64,000 nt of DNA, taken from the NCBI GenBank assembly GCA_963827475.1, contig CAWHAZ010000005.1, positions 928,001 through 992,000 of the forward strand, written 5' to 3'. The position numbers were made by a program, and so were the translations under genes. Shown here piece by piece: positions 54,268-64,000 of the stretch. The DNA comes from an uncultured Chloroflexia bacterium. GTDB lineage: Bacteria; Chloroflexota; Limnocylindria; QHBO01. Within the stretch, counting starts at the first letter, position 1. Every line of letters begins with the position of its first letter. Below the pieces are notes generated by a model, which searched no databases, was not told where the DNA came from, and worked only from the letters and a program-made list of their open reading frames with translations.

Positions 54268-54294
54268 GGTTTGACCGATGCGGGTCGCTCAGCC

Positions 54295-54324
54295 GAAGGG
54301 CCCGGTCAGACGACCGGGCCCTTC
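54295..54324. terminator. 13-bp GC hairpin, probable terminator of the DUF4203-like gene
   Basis: GAAGGGCCCGGTC-agac-GACCGGGCCCTTC; no clear U-tract. Confidence 0.55.
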
Positions 54325-54347
54325 CATCGGTATGGGTGGTTCGGCTG

Positions 54348-54983
54348 TCAGATGCGAGCCGCAGGCGGCTCCAGCACGAACTCCCCGATTGATTTCAGCT
54401 GGACGATGATCGAGACCACGGCCAGGCCAAGGGCCAGCAGCCACCAGCCGGCGTTGGTCGCGATGATCGCGTTCGCCACGCCGTCCCCGAGATCGGCCAC
54501 GGCAACCTGACCGAGCAGGACGAGGATGCCCGCGATTAAGGCATGCGCCCCGGCGATGGCGGTGATGACCACCAGCGCGGCGAGCGGCACGCCGGTCACG
54601 AACGCCGCCACGGCGAAAATCGCGCCGAGCAGCAGGCCGATGCCAACCGCGAGCAGGCCGGTCTCCGAGAACCCGAGCAGGGTCATGAATCCCCAGCCGA
54701 GCCAGTAGCCGACCGATGCGAACAGGATCACGACCGCGACGTACCAGAACAGGTACGACAGGACGGCGAAGACCAGGCCGAGGATGACGCCCACCACCCA
54801 GCTGGCGGTGGTCGCCAGGAAGCCGTCGCCGAAGAACTCCTGCAGCATCTGGGCTCCGAAAATGAAGCCGAAGAAGAAGCCCCAGATGGGCAGGAGGATC
54901 AGGGCGAGGCGGTAGCCCAGCACCATCATCGCCGCTCCGAGGGCGATCGCGATGATGCCGATCAACAGCGCCTGAAAGTCCAT
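54348..54983 (-). CDS. Multi-pass membrane protein (DUF4203-like)
   Basis: [15 protein letters not shown]; about 7 TM helices; GGAGG RBS. Confidence 0.75.
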   Translation of the reverse strand: MDFQALLIGIIAIALGAAMMVLGYRLALILLPIWGFFFGFIFGAQMLQEFFGDGFLATTASWVVGVILGLVFAVLSYLFWYVAVVILFASVGYWLGWGFMTLLGFSETGLLAVGIGLLLGAIFAVAAFVTGVPLAALVVITAIAGAHALIAGILVLLGQVAVADLGDGVANAIIATNAGWWLLALGLAVVSIIVQLKSIGEFVLEPPAARI

Positions 54984-55068
54984 CGAGTCTCCTCCACGCT
55001 ATTCCGGCCCCCCGGTTCCGGGTAGCCGCCGGATATCTTGCGCGTTCCGTCGGTCCGGGGGAACCCTT

Positions 55069-55590
55069 TCAGTGCACGAGCCCGTCGACCTCCGACACGA
55101 CGAACGTGGCCCGGCAGCGGTCGATCTCCGGCGCGGGACAGGCGGCCGCCTCCGGGTCGTCGAAATGTCCGGTCACGATCAGCGGCTCGAGCATGAGATG
55201 CCAGCCACCCGGCTCGGGCCGGGGCGGGAACGGCTCGCCGCTGGGGGCCGCCAGCCGCAGGCCGATGGCTTCGAGCGCGTCCTGGGAGGCCGCCGCTGCC
55301 GGCTGCTCGGCCAGCAGGAGGCGGAGCGGGCAGGTCCGCGCCAACCAGCCTGCGATCGGTGTCTCGTCCGGAGGCGCCTCGCAGTCGGCATCGAGGTTCG
55401 CGTACCAGCCCACGATCTCGATCTCCTCCGAGCCGTAGGTGGCCGCCGGATCGGCGAGGGCCAGGATCTCGGCCACGTCGATCCGCGAGTACTCCGGGCG
55501 CGGGCCGCCAAGGCTGCCGACGAGGAGGAAGAGGGCGAGGACGCCGACGAGGAGGACCGGGATCGCGATCCAGGCCGCCCGCTCGGTCAC
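55069..55590 (-). CDS. Hypothetical membrane-anchored extracytoplasmic protein
   Basis: N-terminal TM helix; four Cys; C-terminal VTGHFDDPEAAAC...CRATFVV. Confidence 0.65.
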   Translation of the reverse strand: MTERAAWIAIPVLLVGVLALFLLVGSLGGPRPEYSRIDVAEILALADPAATYGSEEIEIVGWYANLDADCEAPPDETPIAGWLARTCPLRLLLAEQPAAAASQDALEAIGLRLAAPSGEPFPPRPEPGGWHLMLEPLIVTGHFDDPEAAACPAPEIDRCRATFVVSEVDGLVH

Positions 55591-55603
55591 CGCGAGGAGC
55601 GGT

Positions 55604-56206
55604 TCATCGGTCCCGCAGGCGTTCCAGCAGGCGAAGGTCGTCCGCGATCGCGAGGCGAATGGCTCGCCGGACACCGGCGTCGGGGTGGGTGCCGAGGGCG
55701 TCGATCAAGCGGTCGCGGGCCGCATAGAGGCGGTCGAGCCCGGTGAGCCCGTCCGGGAGCGAGCCGTCCGCGCCCAGGTCGGCGGCGAGGGCCAGGTCCT
55801 GCTCGGCCAGCCCCGCGGTGTGCTCCGCGGCGTCCGGCCGGCTGTCGAGCGCGGTGGCGAGGTCCTCCCGGGCGAGCTCGGCCCAGTGGAGCCAGGTCTG
55901 GAGCTCGGTCGCGGAGGGCGGCAGGTCGTCGAGGGAGAAGCTCGCCCGTCGCGTGGCGCCGTCGCGCCGGTCGGCGGCCGCGCGCTCGACCTCGTACCAG
56001 TTGCCGACCGGCTCGACGAGGGGCTCCCCGTGGCCGCGAAGCCATGCCACGAACGCGCTCACGCGGGCCGGCACCGCCGCCACCGCGGCCGCGGGGTCGG
56101 CGGCCACGGCCGCGCAGCCCGGCAGCTCCCCGGCGAACGCCGCCGCGGCGCCGGTCTCGTCGATATCGGTCTCGACGAAGACGGCGTGGGGCAGGGTGCC
56201 GGCCAC
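55604..56206 (-). CDS. Hypothetical protein with HicB-like N-terminal domain
   Basis: AFAGELPGCAA...A...V..FVAWLRGHGE pattern; starts 10 bp after the uvrB stop. Confidence 0.6.
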   Translation of the reverse strand: MAGTLPHAVFVETDIDETGAAAAFAGELPGCAAVAADPAAAVAAVPARVSAFVAWLRGHGEPLVEPVGNWYEVERAAADRRDGATRRASFSLDDLPPSATELQTWLHWAELAREDLATALDSRPDAAEHTAGLAEQDLALAADLGADGSLPDGLTGLDRLYAARDRLIDALGTHPDAGVRRAIRLAIADDLRLLERLRDR

Positions 56207-56215
56207 GTCCTGCGC

Positions 56216-58354
56216 TCAGCGCCGGCGCGGAGGCCGGCGCCGGGTGCCGGCCGGGATGATGTTCGGGCGAGCCGCGGTGCTGAACACCTCGCGCCGCGGG
56301 CGGCCGTCTCCGCCCCACCCGTCCTGCCCGGCCTCCGCCGCCGCGGCGTACACGTCGGCCGGGATCTCGCCCGGGGCGGCGTTCAGCTCCTCGCGGAGCC
56401 GGCGCAGGGCGACCAGCTCGTCGCGCAGGGCGGCCGCCCGCTCGAACTCGAGGTTGCGCGCGGCCTCCCGCATCTGGGCCTCCAGTCGGGAGGCGAGCTC
56501 GGCGATCTCCTCGCTTCCCCGGCCTTCCAGGTCGAGGGCCTGCCGTTCCTCGGCCACGCGTCGGAGTCCCTCGTGGATGTCGCGGATGGCCTTCGTGATC
56601 GTCTCGGGCACGATCCCGTTCTCGGTGTTGTAGGCCTCCTGCTTCGCCCGCCGGCGATCGGTCTCGTCGATCGCCGCCCGCATGGCGGCCGTCTCCTTGT
56701 CGGCATACATGATCACCCGGCCGCCGATGTTCCGGGCCGCCCGCCCGATGACCTGGATGAGCGAGCCCCCGCTGCGCAGGAAGCCCTCCTTGTCCGCGTC
56801 CAGGATGGCGACCAGCGTCACCTCCGGCAGGTCCAGGCCCTCGCGGAGAAGGTTGATCCCGACCAGCACGTCGTACACCCCGAGGCGCAGGTCGCGGAGG
56901 ATCTCGACCCGCTCCAGGGTGTCGACCTCGCTGTGGAGCCACTGGACCTTGATGCCGAGCTCGGCGAGGTAGTCGGCGAGGTCCTCCGCCATCTTCTTGG
57001 TCAGGGTCGTGACCAGCACCCGCTCCCCGCGCGAGATGGTGTCGCGGATCTCGGCGAGGAGGTCGTCGACCTGGTGGGCCGTCGGCCGGACGGTGATCTG
57101 CGGGTCGACCACCCCGGTCGGGCGGATGAACTGCTCCACCACGCGCTCGGCGCGCTCCATCTCGTACGGGCCCGGCGTCGCGCTCATGGAGATCACCTGG
57201 TTGAGATGGGCCTCCCACTCGGCGAAGGTCAGCGGCCGGTTGTCGAGCGCCGACTCGAGCCGGAAGCCGAAGTCGACCAGGACCTCCTTCCGCGTCCGGT
57301 CGTTCTTGTACATGCCGTGGACCTGCGGGATGGTGATGTGGCTCTCGTCCACGATGAGCAGGAAGTCGGTCGGGAAGTAGTCGATCAGGGTCCACGGCCG
57401 GCTGCCCTTCTCCCGGCGCGAGAGGTGGCGCGAGTAGTTCTCGATCCCCGGGCAGAAGCCGACCTCGCGCAGCATCTCGAGGTCGAACAGCGTCCGCTGC
57501 CGGAGCCGCGCCGCCTCGAGCATCTGGCCCTTGCTCTCCAGCTCGCGGACCCGGATCTCCATCTCGGCCTCGATGTCGCCGATCGCGACCAGCAGCTTGT
57601 CGCGCGGCGTGACGTAGTGGGTGGCCGGGTAGAAGTTCACCTCCTGCCGTTCGGCGAGCACCTCGCCGGTCAGGCCGTCGACCTCCACGATCCGCTCCAC
57701 CTGGTCCCCGAAGAAGTCGATCCGGGTCACCTCTTCGCCGTGCGGCGGCTGGACCTCCAGCACGTCCCCGCGGACCCGAAACCGTGACCGTTGGAGCGCG
57801 GCATCGTTGCGCTGGTACTGGAGGTCGACCAGGTGACGGAGGACCCCGTCCCGCCGGTAGTGGCCGCCGACCTTGAGGTTGATGACCGTCGCCCCGTAGT
57901 CGATCGGCGCGCCGAGGCCGTAGATGCACGACACCGACGCCACGATGATCACGTCCTGCCGCTCGAACAGGGCGCGGGTCGCGTTGTGCCGCAGCCGGTC
58001 GATCTCGTCGTTGCGGGACGAGTCCTTCTCGATGTACGTGTCCGACCGCGGGAGGTACGCCTCCGGCTGGAAGTAGTCGTAGTAGCTGACGAAGTACTCG
58101 ACCGCGTTCTCCGGGAAGAACTCGCGGAACTCCTGGTACAGCTGCGCCGCCAGCGTCTTGTTGTGGGCCATGACCAGGGTCGGCCGCTGGGCCGCCTGGA
58201 TGACCTTGGCCGCGGTGAACGTCTTGCCGGTGCCGGTCGCGCCCAGCAGGACCTGGTGCCGCATGCCGTCGGACAGCCCATCCACCAGCCCGGCGATGGC
58301 CGCCGGCTGGTCTCCGGTGGGCTCGAATGGGGCGTGCAGGGTGAATTCGGGCAT
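56216..58354 (-). CDS. uvrB: Excinuclease ABC subunit B
   Basis: [47 protein letters not shown]. Confidence 0.98.
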   Translation of the reverse strand: MPEFTLHAPFEPTGDQPAAIAGLVDGLSDGMRHQVLLGATGTGKTFTAAKVIQAAQRPTLVMAHNKTLAAQLYQEFREFFPENAVEYFVSYYDYFQPEAYLPRSDTYIEKDSSRNDEIDRLRHNATRALFERQDVIIVASVSCIYGLGAPIDYGATVINLKVGGHYRRDGVLRHLVDLQYQRNDAALQRSRFRVRGDVLEVQPPHGEEVTRIDFFGDQVERIVEVDGLTGEVLAERQEVNFYPATHYVTPRDKLLVAIGDIEAEMEIRVRELESKGQMLEAARLRQRTLFDLEMLREVGFCPGIENYSRHLSRREKGSRPWTLIDYFPTDFLLIVDESHITIPQVHGMYKNDRTRKEVLVDFGFRLESALDNRPLTFAEWEAHLNQVISMSATPGPYEMERAERVVEQFIRPTGVVDPQITVRPTAHQVDDLLAEIRDTISRGERVLVTTLTKKMAEDLADYLAELGIKVQWLHSEVDTLERVEILRDLRLGVYDVLVGINLLREGLDLPEVTLVAILDADKEGFLRSGGSLIQVIGRAARNIGGRVIMYADKETAAMRAAIDETDRRRAKQEAYNTENGIVPETITKAIRDIHEGLRRVAEERQALDLEGRGSEEIAELASRLEAQMREAARNLEFERAAALRDELVALRRLREELNAAPGEIPADVYAAAAEAGQDGWGGDGRPRREVFSTAARPNIIPAGTRRRPPRRR

Positions 58355-58474
58355 GTCAGTACCGGCGGACCACTTCGGGGGAGCCGATTCTAGCGGACCC
58401 CATCGGTACCGATGCCAAAGCGATCTAACGGGTCATATCCGAACCGCAGGCCCGTTCGTACGCTGGCGGCTCAT

Positions 58475-59095
58475 ATGGGTCTCATCGGGTCCCGGCGCCG
58501 GAGTGGGCAGGTGGGCGGTCATGCCGTCCACGGTGCCGCTGCGCCTGCCCCTCGCGGGCAGGCGATGGTCGAGTTCGTGGTCGTCCTGACGCCGCTCATC
58601 CTGATCGTGGTCGCGATCATCCAGTTCGGCCTGTTCTACGGGGCGCACGTCACCCTCACCAACGCCGCTCGCGAGGGGGCGCGGGCGGGCACGATCTACG
58701 TCTACGACCGCAGCCACACCGCGTACTGGAACGACGCGCACCGCTGCGCGGCGATCCTGAACGCGGCAACGGCGTCCTTCGGCATGCTCGATGACGCCAG
58801 TCCCCACTTCGCGGCCACGCTGAGCGGCGGGGCCTGCCCGACGCCGACCTCCACGACCCTGGTCAATGGCGACATGACCGTGTCCTACTGCGCGTCGGCC
58901 GCGGTGGACGATCCCTGTCCCGATCCGCTCAACGGCCTGACCGCCTGCGTGACCGATACCCGCGAGGCGTGCTTCGTCAGGGTGGAGATCCGATACCACA
59001 GCGACGTCGTCGTGCCGCTCATCAGCGATCTGCTGTCGACCGATGGCAACGGGCGATTCCTGCAGCGGGCGACGGCGACGATGGTGGTGAATTGA
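58475..59095 (+). CDS. TadE-like pseudopilin
   Basis: RGQAMVEF prepilin site, TM helix, AAREGAR; start uncertain. Confidence 0.88.
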   Translation: MGLIGSRRRSGQVGGHAVHGAAAPAPRGQAMVEFVVVLTPLILIVVAIIQFGLFYGAHVTLTNAAREGARAGTIYVYDRSHTAYWNDAHRCAAILNAATASFGMLDDASPHFAATLSGGACPTPTSTTLVNGDMTVSYCASAAVDDPCPDPLNGLTACVTDTREACFVRVEIRYHSDVVVPLISDLLSTDGNGRFLQRATATMVVN

Positions 59096-59097
59096 CC

Positions 59098-61020
59098 GTG
59101 CCCACCGACCGCTCGGCGCCGGGCCAGGTGCTCGTGATCGTGGCCCTCACCATGGTCATCCTCCTCGTCTTCACCGGACTGGCCATCGACGTCGGGCGGC
59201 AGGTCGCCGAGCAACGTCACGCGCAGAGCGCCGCCGATGCCGGTGCCCTCGCCGCGTGCCGTGCCCTGATCGCCGGCGATTCCGACACCTCCGCCGCGGC
59301 GCAGGCGCGGGTCATCGCCGAGGTCAACCTGGAGCAGTCACCCGCCGGGACGCAGGGCGTGATCGCGCCCGACGGGTCCCGCGTCTACACGTCGGGCCAC
59401 GCCGGCGACCCGGCGCACCTCGTCAGCGGCATCATCGTGAACGGGGCGACCGTGCGGGTCGCGATCGAGTCGCAGGTCGACGCCGTCCTCGCCCGCCTGG
59501 TCGGGGTGCCCAGCCTCCAGGCGGTCGGTCGTGCCCACTGCCAGCTGCAGGGCGGACCGGCGGTCCCGATCGTGGCTCGCCGATACGAGGGGCCGCCCGG
59601 CCCCGGAGGCGGATTCGTGGACGCCCTGGCAACGTCCGGGACGTCCACCCTCGGCCAGGTGGATGCCACCAGCGTCCTCGGCTACGACGTCCGAACCCCG
59701 GCCAGCGAGGCCGATCCGGGCCCCACCTTCGAGCTCTACGGACCCGCTGCCAAGGCAAACAACGACAGTGACTTCCGCGGATTCATCGCCCTCGACGTCA
59801 GGAACTACTCCTCCACCACGTCCCGCGTCTACTACAACGGGGTCACCGCCGGGGTCACCGAGAACACCCTGAAGAACATGGAGGGTGACTACCTGCTCAC
59901 CGGCTATCCGGGGCCCGCATTCCCCCCGATCACGAACCCGGCCGACCCGAACGACCAGGTCGGCGCCCTGTCCGGCAACGACACCGCCATGGTGGTCGGC
60001 AACTTCTCCGACGTCTACGCCAATGGCGATCGCATCCTGCTCGCGGTCTACAACGGCACCGTGATGGAGATCCCGGACTTCTCCATCACCCCGCCGACCG
60101 CCATCGTGCTGCCGGCGACGACCAGCACCCCAACCGCCGGCCCGAACTTCACCGTCTCGCGGAACGACGCATTCAACAGCACGGTCGCGCTGTCGCTGCA
60201 CGGCGACCACGCCGCCCCCTTCTCCGGGTACGACCTCATCCCCGGCGAGCCGCCGTCCAACGCCGCTCCGACCACCGGCCACATGAACGAGCCACTGTGG
60301 TCGACGAACAACTTCATCCCGGACAAGCACGGGACGACCGTCCAGATGCAGTCGATGTCGACCAACGCCGTCCCGGCCGGCATCTACACCGTCTGGCTCG
60401 AGGGCCTGTCCGGCGACCCGTACTACCAGACCCGCAAGAAGCCGACCGCCGTCCGCATCGGCGGCGCCGTTCGCGACTTCAGCCTCAACAACTCCAACAC
60501 CTCCACCGACATCGCCACGCTCGGCGGGACGGCAAACCTCACCCTGTACGTGTCGACGACCAGCGCGTCGAGCACCCGATGGGGCGCCTCCGGCCTTCCA
60601 GTCAGCCTCACCGTCGACGCAGGGTCGTTCACCGATTGCAGCTACGGGGCTGCCTCGATCAACCCCGGCCAGCTCACGATCTCACCGGCCTTCGCCATGC
60701 CGTCGGCGAGCGGCAACGGGACGCCGGCCACGTTGACGATCAACTCGCTCGGCCTGGCGCCCGGCTGCTACTCGTTCGTCGTCCGCGGCTCGGGAACGAA
60801 CGGCGCGAACCAGCCCGTGACCCATCTCCAGCAGATCACCTTCAACGTCGCGACGACCGCCAGCAGCGGCAAGTACGTCGACGTCATCGGCTTCGCCGTG
60901 TTCGAGGTCACTGGCCTCGATGCCAATTCGATCACCGGGCACGCCGTGAGTCCAATCGCGGCCGATGCCAACGACCCGTCGCTGCGACGCGCGCAGCGAC
61001 CCCGCCTCGTCCCGTGGTAA
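59098..61020 (+). CDS. TadG-like pilus protein with large beta-rich C-terminal region
   Basis: GQVLVIVAL..TM..LAIDVGR..QSAADAGALAA. Confidence 0.85.
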   Translation: MPTDRSAPGQVLVIVALTMVILLVFTGLAIDVGRQVAEQRHAQSAADAGALAACRALIAGDSDTSAAAQARVIAEVNLEQSPAGTQGVIAPDGSRVYTSGHAGDPAHLVSGIIVNGATVRVAIESQVDAVLARLVGVPSLQAVGRAHCQLQGGPAVPIVARRYEGPPGPGGGFVDALATSGTSTLGQVDATSVLGYDVRTPASEADPGPTFELYGPAAKANNDSDFRGFIALDVRNYSSTTSRVYYNGVTAGVTENTLKNMEGDYLLTGYPGPAFPPITNPADPNDQVGALSGNDTAMVVGNFSDVYANGDRILLAVYNGTVMEIPDFSITPPTAIVLPATTSTPTAGPNFTVSRNDAFNSTVALSLHGDHAAPFSGYDLIPGEPPSNAAPTTGHMNEPLWSTNNFIPDKHGTTVQMQSMSTNAVPAGIYTVWLEGLSGDPYYQTRKKPTAVRIGGAVRDFSLNNSNTSTDIATLGGTANLTLYVSTTSASSTRWGASGLPVSLTVDAGSFTDCSYGAASINPGQLTISPAFAMPSASGNGTPATLTINSLGLAPGCYSFVVRGSGTNGANQPVTHLQQITFNVATTASSGKYVDVIGFAVFEVTGLDANSITGHAVSPIAADANDPSLRRAQRPRLVPW

Positions 61021-61041
61021 CTCGCATCAAGGAGCCTCGTC

Positions 61042-61884
61042 GTGTCGTTCGAAGACCCAGATAGGAATCGCCGCAGGTCCAGGATCTACGTCGGCGTCGG
61101 ATTGATCATGGCCGTCCTCGTCGGTGGCGTGGTGCTCGTCGCACTGCAGAGCAGCGCGATGCTCCGTGAGCCGGTGGAGATGCGCGCGGTCGTCGTCGCC
61201 GTCCGCGACATCGCCAGCCGCAAGCCGATCGAGGAGGGCGACGTCGCGCTTCGCGAAGTCGTCGCCGACCCGACCAACGAGACCGCGTACACGCTGATCG
61301 AGGACGTTCTCGGCCGTGTGAGCGGGGTCCCGATCGCGACGGGCCAGCTCGTCACCCGCAACATGCTCGCCGCATCTACCACCGGCCAGGCGTACTCCAT
61401 CCTCGAGGCCGGGGAGGAATACGACCCGACTGGACCGGAGCTGCGCGCGGTGTCGATCAACGTTCCCGACGACCGGGCCGTGGCGGGCACCCTCGTCCCC
61501 GGCCAGTGGGTCGACCTCGTCGTGACCCTGGCCATCAACCCCTCGATCGGCGTGGTGACGGAAGCGCCGGATCCAGAGGCTGCGGAGCCTGGGGCCGAGA
61601 CAGGATTCGTCGCCGGCCCGTCCACCAAGGTGACGCTCCAGATGCTCACCGTCCTGGCACGGAACGGGGCGATCTACATCCTCCGGACCGATCTCGCCAC
61701 CGCCGAGAAGATCGCCGAGCTGACGGCCGCCGGCGGCCAGTTCACCCTGGTCCTCCGGCCGGACGAGGACGACCGCGTGGCCAACACGACGGGGTCGACC
61801 CTCGACATGCTGCTCGACGAATTCGGTTTCCCGATCCCGGTGCCGCCGGCCCTCGGAAACGAGCAGGCCGCTCCGGCCAACTGA
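61042..61884 (+). CDS. cpaB: Flp pilus assembly protein CpaB/RcpC (SAF domain)
   Basis: TM, VVVAVRDI, RAVSINV..AVAGTLVPGQWVDLVV, LVLRP. Confidence 0.85.
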   Translation: MSFEDPDRNRRRSRIYVGVGLIMAVLVGGVVLVALQSSAMLREPVEMRAVVVAVRDIASRKPIEEGDVALREVVADPTNETAYTLIEDVLGRVSGVPIATGQLVTRNMLAASTTGQAYSILEAGEEYDPTGPELRAVSINVPDDRAVAGTLVPGQWVDLVVTLAINPSIGVVTEAPDPEAAEPGAETGFVAGPSTKVTLQMLTVLARNGAIYILRTDLATAEKIAELTAAGGQFTLVLRPDEDDRVANTTGSTLDMLLDEFGFPIPVPPALGNEQAAPAN

Positions 61885-61947
61885 CCAGCCGCGACGAGGC
61901 GGTGAGAGCCCCGGCGTCCGCCACGGGCGGGCGTCGGGGTTCGGTTT

Positions 61948-62522
61948 CTACTCGGCCCCAATAAGCGCCGCGAGCGCGCGTTCGACGTCGCGCCGAGTCT
62001 CGGGCAGGGGTGCCGAGCCATCGATCACCACGTCCGCGGCGGCGGCCATCTCTTCCGCCGGCATCTGGCTCGCCATCCGCCGGTCCGCCTCGTCTTTCGG
62101 CATCCCTCGCTGCGCGAGCCTGCCCGTCGGCGTCCTCCGGTCGACAGGTGACGACCCAGACCTGGTCGCAGCGCTCGCGCAGCGGTGACTCGAGCAGCTT
62201 GATCGCCTCCACCACCGCGACCTCGGTCCCGGCCACGGCCAGGGCCATCGAGGCGGTCGCGGACGCGGTCGCGGACGGCGGGGTGGACGATGGCCTCGAG
62301 GTCCGCCAGCGCGCCGGCGTCGCTGAACACGGCGCGAGCCAGGGCGGGCGGTTCGGTGGTGCCGAAGCGGGCCAGGATGGCGGCGCGCACGTTCGGATCC
62401 GTCTCGCGGGCGTCTCGCGCGATCTCGTCGGCGTCGAGGGTGGCCGCTCCCAGCTCGTGCAACATCCCGGCGACGGTGGTCTTCCCGCAACCGATGCGCC
62501 CGGTCAGCCCGATCACCTTCAT
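61948..62522 (-). CDS. coaE: Dephospho-CoA kinase, frameshifted
   Basis: IGLTGRIGCGKTT, DAD, LEAIVHP; then VVEAIKLLE..CDQVWVV; then RRMASQM..ADVVID in successive frames. Confidence 0.88.
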
Positions 62523-63400
62523 GGCCGCTGGTCCGCCGCGGCCGGCCCCACCGGTGCCGGCTCAACTGCCGCGGGTTGGCAGCGCGGGCAGAAATGCGTG
62601 GCCCGCAGGTTGACCACGATCCGCTGGATCGGTCGCCCGCAGCGGAAGCACGGCTCGTCGGTCCGGCGGTAGACCCGCATCCGCTCCGCGGCGAGGCCCG
62701 GTTCGCCATCGGGGTCCACGTAGTCGCGGTAGGACGCTCCCCCGCCAGCCAGGCCCTCGCGCAGCGCGGCCCGGATGCCGCGGTGCAGGCGCCGGATCTC
62801 GTCTTCGGTCAGGGTGTCTGCCCGACGGAGCGGGTGAAGGCGCGCTCGCCACAGTGCCTCATCGGCGTAGATGTTCCCCACGCCGGCGATGAACGACTGG
62901 TCCAGGAGCAGCGTCTTCAGGCGGGCGCTCCGGCGCTGCAGCCGAGACGCCAGCCGCGCGGCGGTGAACGACGGGGCCAGGGGCTCCGGCCCGTGGCGCG
63001 CGAAGACGTCCGCCACCCGACGCCGGCCGCGTCCCGGGTAGAGGCCGATCCGCCCGAACTTCCGCGCGTCGCGGAACCGGAGCTGCCGCCCGTCGACCAG
63101 GTCGAACACGACCCGTGCATGTGGATCCGGGGCGGTCCCCGGCGCGGCGACGATCAGGGCGCCGGTCATCCGCAGGGCCACCGTGAGCACGCGGCCGTCG
63201 TCGAGGTACAGGACGACCGATTTCGCCCGCCGCCCGACCCGGCCCACGACCCCGCCGCTCACCTCCATCGCGAACCGCTCCGGTGGCTGCGGGTAGGCGA
63301 TCGTCCGCGGCCAGAGAACCTCCGCGGCGCGAATCTCCGCGCCCGGCAGCCGTGCCTGGAGGCGACGGGCCACGGTCTCCACCTCGGGCAGCTCAGGCAT
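62519..63400 (-). CDS. mutM: Formamidopyrimidine-DNA glycosylase
   Basis: MPELPEVET, LRMTG, GVGNIYADE, C-terminal Zn finger. Confidence 0.97.
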   Translation of the reverse strand: MPELPEVETVARRLQARLPGAEIRAAEVLWPRTIAYPQPPERFAMEVSGGVVGRVGRRAKSVVLYLDDGRVLTVALRMTGALIVAAPGTAPDPHARVVFDLVDGRQLRFRDARKFGRIGLYPGRGRRRVADVFARHGPEPLAPSFTAARLASRLQRRSARLKTLLLDQSFIAGVGNIYADEALWRARLHPLRRADTLTEDEIRRLHRGIRAALREGLAGGGASYRDYVDPDGEPGLAAERMRVYRRTDEPCFRCGRPIQRIVVNLRATHFCPRCQPAAVEPAPVGPAAADQRP

Positions 63401-63424
63401 CGGATTGGCCGGGCATCGGATTCG

Positions 63425-64000
63425 TCAGGCGTCGGCCAGGGCGAGGACCGGTTCCTCCTCGGCGGTCTCGGTCGGGTCGACTTTGACCACGCGATACCCG
63501 GCGCCATCGGCCGACACGAGGCGGTCCATGCGGTCCCAGTCGGTCCCGACTTTGAGATCCACGGTGAGCGGAACGTCGAGCGGCAGCGCCGCCTCCATCG
63601 TGGTCGCGGCCAGCGCGGCGAGCTCGTCCCGCTCGTCGGCATCGGTCTCGAACACCAGCTCGTCATGGACCTGGAGCAGCATCTGCGAGCGCAGTTCGCG
63701 CTCTCGCATGGCGGCGTCGAGGCGGACCATGGCCAGCTTGATGCCGTCGGCAGCCGTGCCCTGGATCGGCATGTTGATCGCCATCCGCTCCCCCGCGGCC
63801 CGCAGCGCGCTGTTGCGGGCGGTGAGCTCCGGAAGGTAGCGCCGGCGGCCGAGCAGGGTCGTGACGTACCCCTGGTCGCGGGCGAGGATCCGGATCTCGA
63901 CGGTGTAGCGGCGGATGCCCTCGTAGGCCGCGAAGTAGTCGTTGATGAACTGGCGTGCCGTCTCGCGGTCGATGTGCAGCCGCTCGGCGAGGCCGAAGTC
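63425..64000 (-). CDS. polA: DNA polymerase I, C-terminal part (5' end outside the window)
   Basis: GYVTTLLGRRRYLP, AINMPIQGTAAD, LLQVHDELVFE. Confidence 0.95.
   Translation of the reverse strand, partial: DFGLAERLHIDRETARQFINDYFAAYEGIRRYTVEIRILARDQGYVTTLLGRRRYLPELTARNSALRAAGERMAINMPIQGTAADGIKLAMVRLDAAMRERELRSQMLLQVHDELVFETDADERDELAALAATTMEAALPLDVPLTVDLKVGTDWDRMDRLVSADGAGYRVVKVDPTETAEEEPVLALADA

Noticed and set aside
54990-55065. Inverted repeats upstream of the DUF4203-like gene
   Set aside because: Short GC stems with no recognisable RNA family; could be chance.
58430-58475. GAAC...GTTC and possible riboswitch between uvrB and tadE
   Set aside because: The spacer is 9 nt rather than 4, and no c-di-GMP or other riboswitch consensus is recognisable.

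Overview
GC-rich bacterial chromosome segment, mostly core genes on the minus strand. Gene content and order suggest a monoderm, probably Chloroflexota (Limnocylindria-like); this is an inference. Core content: rpe-rlmN-fmt-def-priA-gmk-rluA-lspA-ileS (with an Ile T-box), ilvE, rpsF-ssb-rpsR, eight tRNA genes, lemA-htpX, rapZ(CTD)-yvcK-whiA-tpiA-gpmI-secG, tatAC, pyrF, recJ, secDF, a uvrC/uvrD-like/uvrA/uvrB and polA-mutM-coaE repair region, and scattered Tad-pilus genes. The main accessory region (about 19.3-30.8 kb) is two tandem islands integrated at tRNA-Leu(TAA). Two extra copies of the tRNA 3' part are each followed by a shared ~40-bp non-tRNA arm, no integrase is visible, and much of the cargo is disrupted. 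Other notable points are a GVHH/EMHKS-type IleRS2, a RapZ reduced to its C-terminal domain, a HicB-like-domain gene behind uvrB, and many putative leaderless starts. Several core genes carry single frameshifts that are probably sequencing errors. All calls come from motif recognition by eye; no searches were run.
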